Of a DNA stretch of 64,000 nucleotides, positions 21,680 to 30,426 are shown in pieces. Each line of letters starts with the position of its first letter. The stretch's first letter is position 1. The notes beneath the pieces were generated by a model, which did no database searches, had not been told where the DNA came from, and worked only from the letters and a program-made list of their open reading frames with translations. A program made the translations under genes and the position numbers. The DNA lies in NCBI RefSeq assembly GCF_054482595.1, contig NZ_CM137008.1; one strand, written 5' to 3'.

Positions 21680-21702
21680 AGCGTCCGGTAGGGCGCTTTT
21701 TT
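21680..21702 (+). terminator. rho-independent terminator closing the small-ORF/2-TM operon
   Basis: The stem AGCGTCC-ggta-GGGCGCT is followed by TTTTTT. Confidence 0.75.
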
Positions 21703-21854
21703 GTTGCTAACGAATCATCTTGGACTTCATATGCCCCAGGCGGCTACTTCGTGAGCGTCCTGCCTGTTTGTTGTTTCTCTTGGGTACATTATGTATCTCA
21801 AAGGTACATTGTCAAGCATAAAAAAACCTGCCGAAGCAGGTTCATAAACATTGA

Positions 21855-22529
21855 TTAGGCTTTGATTTTGTATCTTCTTGGTTTTCCTGAGAAAATCACA
21901 GTACCAATTATAGAGCAATTACCGTTGATCTTAATGTAAGGCTCAGGCCAGTTTGGGTTTAACGCTTTGAGATAACGCTGTGTCCCATCTTCTATCAACC
22001 TTTTGAAGGTGGTTTCACCTGTATCGTGCATCAATGCAATAACGTCGTCACCGTGGCAGGCAGGTACTTCAGGATCGACAAAAATCATGTCTCCCGGGCG
22101 GTACTCATCAATCATTGAATCACCTATCACCCGCAAGATATAAGTCATTTCCCCACAGGGTACAGGGCAGGGATACGTTTCTGCTGTGCTCAAATCAACC
22201 TCAGAATATCCAACTTCTTTCCATGCTCCGGCCTGTACCCATGATATGACAGGGACTAATGTGATTTGTTTATTAGTGATTGAAACATCAGGTTTTTTTG
22301 TGATGTTCGTTGTCTGGTGTTCTTGATCGAGCCATCCGACAGGCAGGTCGAAACATTTTTCGATGTGTCGTGCCATGCTGTCACCGATATTTTTAGTAGC
22401 ACCATCTCCCATAAACCTGCTGGTTTGGGTTGGCTCGCGATCAATCATAGTGGCAAAGGAAGAATTCCCGCCAACACCATCTCTCAGTTTTCTGGCGTTA
22501 GACCGCCGGATGTCATGGATTGTTTTCAT
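21855..22529 (-). CDS. CI-type prophage repressor (HTH plus S24 LexA-like peptidase)
   Basis: The 224-aa ORF has an N-terminal HTH. The C-terminal region has GDSM serine and FKRL lysine motifs. It is divergent from a cro-like gene. Confidence 0.9.
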   Translation of the reverse strand: MKTIHDIRRSNARKLRDGVGGNSSFATMIDREPTQTSRFMGDGATKNIGDSMARHIEKCFDLPVGWLDQEHQTTNITKKPDVSITNKQITLVPVISWVQAGAWKEVGYSEVDLSTAETYPCPVPCGEMTYILRVIGDSMIDEYRPGDMIFVDPEVPACHGDDVIALMHDTGETTFKRLIEDGTQRYLKALNPNWPEPYIKINGNCSIIGTVIFSGKPRRYKIKA

Positions 22530-22619
22530 AACGAAATTAAAACCCTTGTACCGTTAAGGTACAAGTATCTTGAAGGTTCATTTTAATCATGTAATATGTA
22601 TACCGGAGGTACATATTGT

Positions 22620-22820
22620 ATGAAAGCGTATTGGGACTCTTTAACCAAAGAACAGCAGGGCGAGTTGGCCGGAAAAGTTGGCTCAACACCTGGCTACTTA
22701 CGGCTGGTTTTCAATGGCTATAAAAAAGCCAGTTTTGTGCTGGCTAAAAAACTTGAGCAATGCACGTCAGGTGCAATTACGAAATCTGACTTAAGACCGG
22801 ATATCTATCCGAAAGATTAG
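22620..22820 (+). CDS. Cro/YdaS-like small HTH regulator
   Basis: The start was chosen at MKAYWDSL (66 aa), with a GGAGG upstream. It is divergent from cI. Confidence 0.75.
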   Translation: MKAYWDSLTKEQQGELAGKVGSTPGYLRLVFNGYKKASFVLAKKLEQCTSGAITKSDLRPDIYPKD

Positions 22821-22851
22821 CAGAACACTTTCAATTTTTAACCACAGAACG

Positions 22852-23415
22852 ATGAGGCTAATCGTGGGTAAGCATCACTGGAAAATAGAAAAACAGCCTG
22901 AGTGGTACATGAAAGCTGTCAGAAAAACTATCGCGGCGTTGCCGGGTGGTTACGCTGAAGCCGCTGACTGGCTGGATGTAACAGAGAACGCATTATTTAA
23001 CCGCCTTCGTGCCGATGGCGATCAGATTTTCCCGCTGGGATGGGCAATGATTTTGCAACGTGCTGGTGGAACTCACTTCATTGCTGATGCTGTGGCGCAG
23101 TCTGCAAATGGCGTCTTTGTGTCTCTTCCTGACGTCGAGGATGTGGACAACGCCGATATTAACCAGCGTCTGCTGGAAGTCATTGAACAGATTGGCAGTT
23201 ATTCAAAACAGATTCGTTCAGCAATCGAAGACGGTGTAGTGGAACCGCATGAGAAGACAGCAATTAATGACGAGCTGTACCTCTCAATTTCGAAGCTGCA
23301 GGAGCATGCAGCACTGGTCTACAAAATTTTTTGCATTTCAGAAAGTAATGACGCCCGCGAGTGTGCAGCTCCGGGCGCCGTGGCGTGTCGTGACTGTGGA
23401 GAAACTAACGCATGA
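22852..23415 (+). CDS. YmfL-like early protein (CII position)
   Basis: The ORF resembles e14 YmfL as I recall it ([12 protein letters not shown]...). The true start may be GTG 22864, which has a GAGG 6 nt upstream. Confidence 0.7.
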   Translation: MRLIVGKHHWKIEKQPEWYMKAVRKTIAALPGGYAEAADWLDVTENALFNRLRADGDQIFPLGWAMILQRAGGTHFIADAVAQSANGVFVSLPDVEDVDNADINQRLLEVIEQIGSYSKQIRSAIEDGVVEPHEKTAINDELYLSISKLQEHAALVYKIFCISESNDARECAAPGAVACRDCGETNA

Positions 23416-23750
23416 ACAGTTTAACAACACATTACCGTCGCTCGCAACTGATTGCACTTCCTGTACCGGGTGGAAAAGCGAAGGTGGAGTATTGCTATGC
23501 AGTGAATGTACCAGGTGACAGGGAAATTGTAACCCACAGCTTTGCAGAGTGGGCTGTGGGCGATTTCAACCGGCAAAAGGAGACAGTCCTTTGCGACAAG
23601 TTAACCGCTGGTTCAAAGATCACTACGGAGTGCCCGTCAGAGTCATTCGTTGGGAGCCGGAAACACAACGGGTTATCTACCTCCGCGAAGGCTATGAGCA
23701 TGAGTGCTTCAGCCCGCTCGAACAGTTTCGTCGTAAATTCAGGGAAATAG
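23412..23750 (+). CDS. YmfM-like protein (e14 SOS-inducible division-inhibitor family)
   Basis: The 112-aa ORF begins [27 protein letters not shown]. Its 3' half overlaps a protein-like 73-aa ORF in another frame (23549-23770). Confidence 0.6.
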   Translation: MNSLTTHYRRSQLIALPVPGGKAKVEYCYAVNVPGDREIVTHSFAEWAVGDFNRQKETVLCDKLTAGSKITTECPSESFVGSRKHNGLSTSAKAMSMSASARSNSFVVNSGK

Positions 23751-23759
23751 AGGTCGGTC

Positions 23760-24701
23760 ATGAGCACTAAATTAACCGGCTATGTATGGGATGGTTGCGC
23801 TGCGTCAGGCATGAAGTTATCCAGCGTGGCAATTATGGCCCGCCTGGCTGATTTCAGTAATGACGAAGGTGTGTGCTGGCCATCAATTGAAACCATTGCC
23901 CGCCAGATTGGCGCGGGGATGAGCACCGTCAGAACGGCTATCGCACGGCTGGAAGCAGAAGGCTGGTTAACTCGTAAGGCGCGTCGCCAGGGTAACCGCA
24001 ATGCGTCGAATGTTTATCAGCTTAACGTTGCGAAGCTTCAGGCAGCGGCATTTTCTCAACTGTCAGATTCTGACCCGTCAAAATCTGACGCATCAAAATC
24101 TGACCCGTCAAAATTTGATGCGTCGAAATCTGGCAAAAAAGCGGGTTTTCACCCGTCAGAATCTGGCGGGGATCCGTCAGTAAAATCAAAACATGATCCG
24201 TCAGATAAAAAAAACTCTCGTCCGGACGCTTCGCAACCGGACACGCAGATGGATGAACAGGATTTTTTAACTCGCCATCCTGATGCGGTTGTATTCAGCC
24301 CTAAAAAGCGCCAGTGGGGGACGCAGGATGATTTGACCTGCGCACAGTGGCTCTGGAAAAAAATCATCGCCCTGTACGAGCAGGCTGCCGAATGTGACGG
24401 CGAGGTGGTTCGTCCCAAAGAACCGAACTGGACAGCCTGGGCAAACGAAATTCGCCTGATGTGTGTGCAGGATGGTCGTACTCACAAACAAATCTGCGAG
24501 ATGTACAGCCGCGTCAGCCGCGATCCGTTCTGGTGCCGTAACGTGCTCAGCCCGTCGAAGCTGCGGGAAAAATGGGATGAGCTTTCCCTGCGCTTATCGC
24601 CGTCCGTAAGCACGTACACCGAAAAACGCGAAGACCCGTACTTCAAATCCAGTTACGACAACGTGGACTACAGCCAGATCCCGGCAGGATTCAGGGGGTG
24701 A
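23760..24701 (+). CDS. replication initiator (lambda O-like, N-terminal wHTH)
   Basis: The 313-aa ORF has a helix-turn-helix N-terminus. An internal tandem DPSKSD/ASKSD repeat corresponds to DNA iterons. Confidence 0.8.
   Translation: MSTKLTGYVWDGCAASGMKLSSVAIMARLADFSNDEGVCWPSIETIARQIGAGMSTVRTAIARLEAEGWLTRKARRQGNRNASNVYQLNVAKLQAAAFSQLSDSDPSKSDASKSDPSKFDASKSGKKAGFHPSESGGDPSVKSKHDPSDKKNSRPDASQPDTQMDEQDFLTRHPDAVVFSPKKRQWGTQDDLTCAQWLWKKIIALYEQAAECDGEVVRPKEPNWTAWANEIRLMCVQDGRTHKQICEMYSRVSRDPFWCRNVLSPSKLREKWDELSLRLSPSVSTYTEKREDPYFKSSYDNVDYSQIPAGFRG
24061..24212. repeat. probable phage replication origin: about 7 iterons (C)CGTCA(A/G)AATCTG inside the O-like gene, followed by an A-run
   Basis: Direct repeats start near 24075, 24088, 24105, 24120, 24152, 24174 and 24198. 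An ori embedded in the O gene parallels lambda. Confidence 0.7.
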
Positions 24702-24703
24702 TC

Positions 24704-25192
24704 ATGAGTCTTTTGAATGACGTTCAGAAATTCATTGAAGCCCATCCGGGGTGTACTTCCGGAGACATTGCGGATGCTTTTGCTGGTTACTCACGGCAGC
24801 GCGTTCTGCAGTCAGCAAGCAAGTTACGTCAGAGTGGGCGTGTGGCTCACCGTTGTGAAGGGGATACACGCAGACATTTCCCGCGCCTGACTGAGAGAGC
24901 GCAGGAACTGGAACCACAACCAGTTCGAGAAACCAGATCTGTGCGCAATTTCTATGTCGGCACTAACGATCCCCGGGTGATTTTGTGCCTGACCCGCCAG
25001 GCTGAAAAACTGGAGTCCAGGGGCTTATACCGTCGTGCTGCAACGGTGTGGATGGCGGCATTCCGTGAAAGCCACTCCCAGCCAGAACGAAACAATTTTC
25101 TGGCGCGTCGTGAGCAGTGTTTACGGAAAAGCAGCAAGCGCGCTGTATCGAGTGATGAGTGGTATCTGTCAGGGAATTACGTGGGGGCGTAA
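24704..25192 (+). CDS. wHTH plus PerC-like domain protein
   Basis: The ATG at 24704 has a GGGGG Shine-Dalgarno 5 nt upstream. The C-terminal segment LESRGLYRRAATVWMAAF resembles the PerC family core as I recall it. Confidence 0.55.
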   Translation: MSLLNDVQKFIEAHPGCTSGDIADAFAGYSRQRVLQSASKLRQSGRVAHRCEGDTRRHFPRLTERAQELEPQPVRETRSVRNFYVGTNDPRVILCLTRQAEKLESRGLYRRAATVWMAAFRESHSQPERNNFLARREQCLRKSSKRAVSSDEWYLSGNYVGA

Positions 25193-25518
25193 TGACGACG
25201 TTAACTCAATGCCAGCAGCAGGTGCTGGATATGCTGATTTCTTATCAGAAAGAGCGTGGCTTTCCGCCAACCAATCAGGAGGTGGCAACCATGCTGGGAT
25301 ACCGTTCAGTGAATGCAGCGGTAGAGCATCTTCGCGCACTGGAGAAAAAAGGCGTCATCACGATAAAGCGTGGCGTGGCCCGGGGGATAACGCTTCATAC
25401 CGCGGTGAAGGACGACGACAGCGAGGCGGTCGGGATTATCCGCGCACTGCTTGCCGGTGAGGAAAACGCAAGGCTGCGTGCAACCCACTGGTTACATGAG
25501 AGGGGCCTGAAAGTATGA
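25192..25518 (+). CDS. LexA N-terminal DNA-binding-domain-only protein (no S24 peptidase domain)
   Basis: The 108-aa ORF aligns with residues 1-70 of LexA. For example, LTQCQQQVLDMLISYQKERGFPPTNQEVATMLGYRSVNAAVEHLRALEKKGVI aligns with LexA [53 protein letters not shown]. Confidence 0.8.
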   Translation: MTTLTQCQQQVLDMLISYQKERGFPPTNQEVATMLGYRSVNAAVEHLRALEKKGVITIKRGVARGITLHTAVKDDDSEAVGIIRALLAGEENARLRATHWLHERGLKV

Positions 25519-25904
25519 AGCTGATCCTGCCTTTTCCGCCCAGCGTGAACACGTACTGGCGACACCCCAACAAAGGGGCGTTTGCTGGTAAGAGCCTGAT
25601 AAGCGCGGCGGGGCGAAAATTCCAGAGCGCGGCGTGTGCAGCAATAGTTGAGCAGTTACGTCGTCTGCCGAAACCAACGTCGGCACCTGCTTCAGTGGAG
25701 ATCGTGTTGTTTCCTCCGGATAACCGGATCCGCGATCTGGACAACTATAACAAGGCGCTGTTTGACGCCCTGACCCACGCGGGTGTGTGGGAAGACGACA
25801 GCCAGGTGAAAAGAATGTTGGTGGAGTGGGGACCGGTTATCCCGGAAGGGAAGGTCGAGATCACTATCAGTAAGTACGAGAAAACGGCGGGTGCAGCCGC
25901 CTGA
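25515..25904 (+). CDS. rusA: RusA-type Holliday junction resolvase
   Basis: The 129-aa ORF begins MKLILPFPPSVNTYWR and has a DLDNYNKALFDAL motif. Confidence 0.9.
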   Translation: MKLILPFPPSVNTYWRHPNKGAFAGKSLISAAGRKFQSAACAAIVEQLRRLPKPTSAPASVEIVLFPPDNRIRDLDNYNKALFDALTHAGVWEDDSQVKRMLVEWGPVIPEGKVEITISKYEKTAGAAA

Positions 25905-25923
25905 TCAAGAGGAGAAACGAAGT

Positions 25924-26721
25924 ATGAATAATCTGATGGTCATTGATGGTATTGAAGTTCGTCGTGATGCTTATGGGCGTTACAGCCTGAACGATCTGCA
26001 CAGGGCTGCCGGTTCTCTGGATAAGCATAAGCCTGCATTCTGGCTCCGCAATGAGCAAACTGAACGTTTAATAAGCGAGTTGCAGATTTGCAACTCGGTC
26101 AATATAGAGCCAGTTAACGTTATTCGCGGCGGAAATAATCAGGGGACGTATGTCTGTAAGGAACTGGTGTATGCCTATGCAATGTGGATCAGCCCGTCAT
26201 TCCATCTGAAGGTGATCCGTACTTTCGACATGGTAACCAGCGCACCGGAAAAATTATCCGGACAGGCTGCTGACAAGATGCAGGCTGGAGTGATTCTGCT
26301 GGACTTTATGCGTCGGGAGTTAAACCTGTCTAACTCATCTGTGCTTGGGGCCTGTCAAAAACTCCAGGAGGCTGTTGGCTTACCGAATCTGGCACCGCGC
26401 TATGCCATTGATGCTCCTGCTGATGCACACGATGGCTCAAGTCGCCCCACGCTGTCGCTGAGTGCACTGCTGAAGCAGTATGGTATCCGCCTGACGGCTA
26501 ATCAGGCATATCACCAGATGGTGAAGCTGGGGATCGTTGAACAACGCGAACGATACAGCCGTACCGCGATTAACAACATCAAAAAATTCTGGTCGCTGAC
26601 AGCGAAAGGCTGCATGTTCGGCAAGAACATCACCAGTCCCGCAAATCCGCGCGAGACGCAGCCGCATTTCTTCGAATCCCGATTCCCTGAGCTGTTAAAG
26701 CTGCTCGATACCGTTCATTGA
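25924..26721 (+). CDS. KilA-N domain protein (antirepressor-like)
   Basis: The start was chosen at MNNLMVIDG, with a GGAG Shine-Dalgarno. The protein has a KilA-N signature (YSLNDLHRAAG ... GTYVCKELVYAYAMWISPSFHLKV). Confidence 0.8.
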   Translation: MNNLMVIDGIEVRRDAYGRYSLNDLHRAAGSLDKHKPAFWLRNEQTERLISELQICNSVNIEPVNVIRGGNNQGTYVCKELVYAYAMWISPSFHLKVIRTFDMVTSAPEKLSGQAADKMQAGVILLDFMRRELNLSNSSVLGACQKLQEAVGLPNLAPRYAIDAPADAHDGSSRPTLSLSALLKQYGIRLTANQAYHQMVKLGIVEQRERYSRTAINNIKKFWSLTAKGCMFGKNITSPANPRETQPHFFESRFPELLKLLDTVH

Positions 26722-26722
26722 G

Positions 26723-27718
26723 GTGACCGTGAGAGCACTACTGACCCCTGAAATTGCCCCGCGTATGGGGATCGTATTGTTCAGACCAGGTTCAGAACTG
26801 ATGCCCCTGTTTATGCAGGGGCGTGTCCTGCTGGAGCCTGAGCCGGAACGTTATTCATCTTTCGCCAGTGGTGCCGTTCCGGCAGCATCACAACCGCTGG
26901 CGGATGATCCTGCCGTTCGGGCCGTGTTCCGCAATGAGGCAGTGATCCGTCGTGCTGGTGGCGTGGAATGTCTTGAAAGCTGGTTACTTCGTGAAAAAGG
27001 CTGTCAGTGGCCTCACTCCGACTGGCACAGCGAAAACATGACCACAACGCGCCATGCGCCGGGCGCAATCCGTCTGTGCTGGCACTGCGATAACCAGTTG
27101 CGTGACCAGTTCACGGAACGGCTGGAATCAATGGCAACGGATAACTGTGCCCGCTGGGTGTTATCTGTTGTGCGCCGTGATCTCGGTTTTGATGATAGTC
27201 ACGTTGTGACAATGCCGGAACTGTGCTGGTGGCTGGTTCGTAATGACCTGGCGGATGCCTTACCGGAAAGTGCAGCCCGTAAGGCACTGAGATTACCGAA
27301 GCCTGTTGTGCCGTCTGTCACCCGGGAAAGTGACCTTGTTCCTTCGGTTCCTGCCACCAGCATCATCCAGGATAAGGCGAAAAAGGTGCTGGCGCTGAAA
27401 GTGGATCCGGAGTCACCGGAGTCTTTTATGTTACGCCCAAAACGTCGCCGCTGGGTTAATGAAAAGTACACGCGCTGGGTTAAGACACAGCCGTGTGCAT
27501 GTTGTGGAAAGCCCGCTGATGATCCCCACCACCTGATAGGCCATGGTCAGGGTGGAATGGGGACAAAAGCGCATGACCTCTTTGTGTTGCCTTTGTGCAG
27601 AAAGCATCACGACGAGCTGCATGCGGATACCGTGGCATTTGAAGAGATGTATGGCTCCCAGCTGGAGCTGATATTTCGTTTTATCGATCGTGCGCTGGCA
27701 ATTGGTGTGCTGGCCTGA
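26723..27718 (+). CDS. DUF968-family phage protein (Cys/His-rich C-terminus)
   Basis: The 331-aa ORF has a GTG start and the C-terminal motif CACCGKPADDPHHL ... LCRKHHDELH. Confidence 0.75.
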   Translation: MTVRALLTPEIAPRMGIVLFRPGSELMPLFMQGRVLLEPEPERYSSFASGAVPAASQPLADDPAVRAVFRNEAVIRRAGGVECLESWLLREKGCQWPHSDWHSENMTTTRHAPGAIRLCWHCDNQLRDQFTERLESMATDNCARWVLSVVRRDLGFDDSHVVTMPELCWWLVRNDLADALPESAARKALRLPKPVVPSVTRESDLVPSVPATSIIQDKAKKVLALKVDPESPESFMLRPKRRRWVNEKYTRWVKTQPCACCGKPADDPHHLIGHGQGGMGTKAHDLFVLPLCRKHHDELHADTVAFEEMYGSQLELIFRFIDRALAIGVLA

Positions 27719-27735
27719 TTTTGTGGAGAAAGTTG

Positions 27736-28083
27736 ATGCGTGATATGTATGAAGTAATGGATCGTTGGGGAGCTTGGGCTGCTTCAGACAATAGCGGAGT
27801 GGACTGGCAACCGGTAGCCGCTGGCTTCAAGGGACTTTTACCTCATGGCAAAAAGTCCCGGATTCAGTGTGATGATGACGAAGGCATTATGATAGACAGT
27901 TGTGTGGCTCGGTTGCGTAAATATAGGCCTGAAGAATATGAGCTAATCATTGCTCACTTTGTTATCGGTATCTCATTACGCACTATTGCGAAGAAGAGAA
28001 AATGCTCTGATGGGACTATAAGAAAAAAGTTGCAAGCTGCATTGGGATTTATTGATGCAGTTATATATATAATACATGGGTAA
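27736..28083 (+). CDS. late-gene antiterminator Q (QuuD/YbcQ family)
   Basis: The start was chosen at MRDMYEVMDRWGAWAA, with a GGAG 7 nt upstream. It is similar to the DLP12 and Qin Q proteins. Confidence 0.85.
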   Translation: MRDMYEVMDRWGAWAASDNSGVDWQPVAAGFKGLLPHGKKSRIQCDDDEGIMIDSCVARLRKYRPEEYELIIAHFVIGISLRTIAKKRKCSDGTIRKKLQAALGFIDAVIYIIHG

Positions 28084-28090
28084 TTTATTA

Positions 28091-28110
28091 GACGGCCATA
28101 TTGGCCGTCA
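28091..28110. terminator. bidirectional hairpin between Q and the convergent cargo operon
   Basis: The hairpin is GACGGCCAatatTGGCCGTC. It overlaps the stop codon of the 395-aa gene. Confidence 0.6.
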
Positions 28111-29295
28111 GCTAAATAAATATGTAATAGCATAAGGTGTAAGTAAAAAGTAGAATCTAAATGTAAGATATAAGCCACATAAAACTATAATTCCTAATGA
28201 GGCAAAAACAACTTTCTGAACAAGCAATCTTGTGGTTAAACTATCAAATGTATCCTTTATATCTTCGTAAATAGCCTTGAAGTTATATTCTGCTTGTTGT
28301 TTTTTATGATTTAACTCATCATTTATTGCTGTTAAAGTTTGCCATTGATTAAATAGAACAAATATAATCATAATAGTGAAGAACAATGCACCCAACACTA
28401 CAGCTGTGTTTATTAATGCTTGACTATCCCAACCATTAGCCTGCTTCATTTGAGTCGCAACGATAATTGTTGCGACGGGGATACCTAATATCTGATTTTG
28501 TATGTCACTGAATACTTTATGTATTTTCCCCATCTCTTCTATTTTGGCTACTCGTAACTGATCTAGTATTTTCTCGTAAGAAAAACCAGAAACGAATACT
28601 TTGTATCCTTTTTGATAACTTTCATAAAGTTGTCCTAAATCCCTTAACATGAAGGAAAAAGAGGTTTCTTTAGTTTTAGATTCACATGATGATTTTATAC
28701 TACTTGCTAAAATAGTAAGTTTTTGATCTTTATGCGTATCTTCTGCAAAGTTTGCGATCAAATTATGAATCAGATCTCCATTAACATTCATAAGATCATC
28801 GCTAGAATAATTTACTGGAATTTTTAGTACGTTGGATTCGACGAATACCAATTCAAAATTTGTTTCATCTAAATAAGCAGAACAATCTTTGAATAAAGTA
28901 ATTAAGCTCAAAACATCTCTGTACTTGGATATAATAGCAGGCGACTTTTTATCCCTGTTGTGATAATTAAGTTCGATTATAAAGAAGTTACTGGCTTCCT
29001 TTATCCTATTTTTAGGATTTTTTAAATACTCATTAAAAGAGAAATGTAGCTGCCCCAATCGTAATTTGGGGGGGGTTATATGTAAGGTTATAGTTTGGCC
29101 TAACTCAATGTTGCCAGATTCAAGGGTGATGCCAAAATCATGGGGATTCTCTGTGATATCGTTGATGATGTCACAGAGCTCCTCGTTTGAAAGAATGAGT
29201 GATGCTTCAGATAGGGTACCTGCAAATGTAGCGGCCTTGTAAATAGTCACTAAGTCTTTGAAGGTTCTCTGGTTTTTACTGCTCATCCTCTTCAC
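28108..29295 (-). CDS. 395-aa protein with a soluble N-terminal region and 2-3 C-terminal TM helices (candidate effector)
   Basis: The gene is AT-rich and overlaps the upstream gene by 20 nt (or 11 nt if ATG 29286 is used). Hydrophobic segments are ALINTAVVLGALFFTIMIIFVLF and VVFASLGIIVLCGLYLTFRFYFLL. Confidence 0.75.
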   Translation of the reverse strand: MKRMSSKNQRTFKDLVTIYKAATFAGTLSEASLILSNEELCDIINDITENPHDFGITLESGNIELGQTITLHITPPKLRLGQLHFSFNEYLKNPKNRIKEASNFFIIELNYHNRDKKSPAIISKYRDVLSLITLFKDCSAYLDETNFELVFVESNVLKIPVNYSSDDLMNVNGDLIHNLIANFAEDTHKDQKLTILASSIKSSCESKTKETSFSFMLRDLGQLYESYQKGYKVFVSGFSYEKILDQLRVAKIEEMGKIHKVFSDIQNQILGIPVATIIVATQMKQANGWDSQALINTAVVLGALFFTIMIIFVLFNQWQTLTAINDELNHKKQQAEYNFKAIYEDIKDTFDSLTTRLLVQKVVFASLGIIVLCGLYLTFRFYFLLTPYAITYLFS

Positions 29296-30310
29296 CTAAT
29301 TCTGATAAAATCTCTGATCTTAGCGTATCCGGAATCTCGGTAAGTATCAATTTATCGTTTTCTGAATCATAAAGAACGCTGCCATCATGCAAGGCCGCAC
29401 GCTCGAATTTCAGAGACCAATGTTTGGACTTTCCTTTGAAACTAACAAGCCCACGTATAACGTTGCCATCAGGCACGAACCCATCAGAGAACTCCAGATC
29501 GTCATTGGTTAACTTTTCAACTAACAACTCAGGAGCAGTTGGCCATATCTCGTTTGCAAAAATTTGAGTGTCGAAAGTTTCACCAGAACGATTTAAATTT
29601 TTTAATTTTTCATGAGCCTTATTTAGGAACTCTTCACGTGCCTCTGGTTCAAAACCTCTTTCAGTAGCAAATTCTAAAAGTGCATTCCGTAATTTTGTTG
29701 TTTCTTGTTTGGCAATTAGAATATCGTTGCAACCTAAAAACTTTTTGAAATAACCTGCTACTGAATTTTGCCCCTTTAGAAAGCTAATATATCTCTCTTT
29801 GCCATTCTGGCGCCCAGTTAAGTCAATTCGTCCCGCTACTCGAAGTTTAGCAATGTCTAGATATTCACTTTCTTGAATTTCAAAATCGTGGACTGAAGAG
29901 CCAACTGCTGAAGTTAGGATTGCAACCATCAAATAATGATTTCCATTTACCTCATTATGGGCAATTATTACATAACCACCAGTAGACATTGATTCATCAT
30001 CGGCTCTGGCTTTTAAATGATTGATCATTCGGATACTAGTATCATAAAAACTATGTGTTTTATTTACGAAATAATCATCAACGATATTACCCATAGGGTA
30101 ACTATCGCGGTCATCTTCAAATTTCCCATATCCTTTACCTGCTCTCCCAGAGTACCTTTCAGTAAGTGCGTTAGAGAGGTCTTTTGATGCTTGCTGAACA
30201 GGTTTTTCTGAAGGACAAGGAATAATGGTGGCTAACCCCTGTTGTTCCTTGTTCATAATGTGAACAATAAACTTATGAGTGATATTAGTGGGGGTCGCTG
30301 ATGCAGTCAT
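29276..30310 (-). CDS. NdpA/YejK-family nucleoid-associated-protein homologue (344 aa)
   Basis: An AAGGA Shine-Dalgarno lies 7 nt upstream. The protein aligns with host YejK encoded in this same window. YLDIAKLRVAGRIDLTGRQNGKERYISFLKGQNSVAGYFKKFLG aligns with [65 protein letters not shown] aligns with [17 protein letters not shown]. Confidence 0.85.
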   Translation of the reverse strand: MTASATPTNITHKFIVHIMNKEQQGLATIIPCPSEKPVQQASKDLSNALTERYSGRAGKGYGKFEDDRDSYPMGNIVDDYFVNKTHSFYDTSIRMINHLKARADDESMSTGGYVIIAHNEVNGNHYLMVAILTSAVGSSVHDFEIQESEYLDIAKLRVAGRIDLTGRQNGKERYISFLKGQNSVAGYFKKFLGCNDILIAKQETTKLRNALLEFATERGFEPEAREEFLNKAHEKLKNLNRSGETFDTQIFANEIWPTAPELLVEKLTNDDLEFSDGFVPDGNVIRGLVSFKGKSKHWSLKFERAALHDGSVLYDSENDKLILTEIPDTLRSEILSELGEEDEQ

Positions 30311-30426
30311 AACAACATCCTTTTAATGGTTTTGAACAATTGGTGTTGATAATACTTCAAAAAATACTAATGCGTACGCAAAAAATACAGTACTCTGTTA
30401 AGAGTGGTTACTTCGCCACACAGCTT

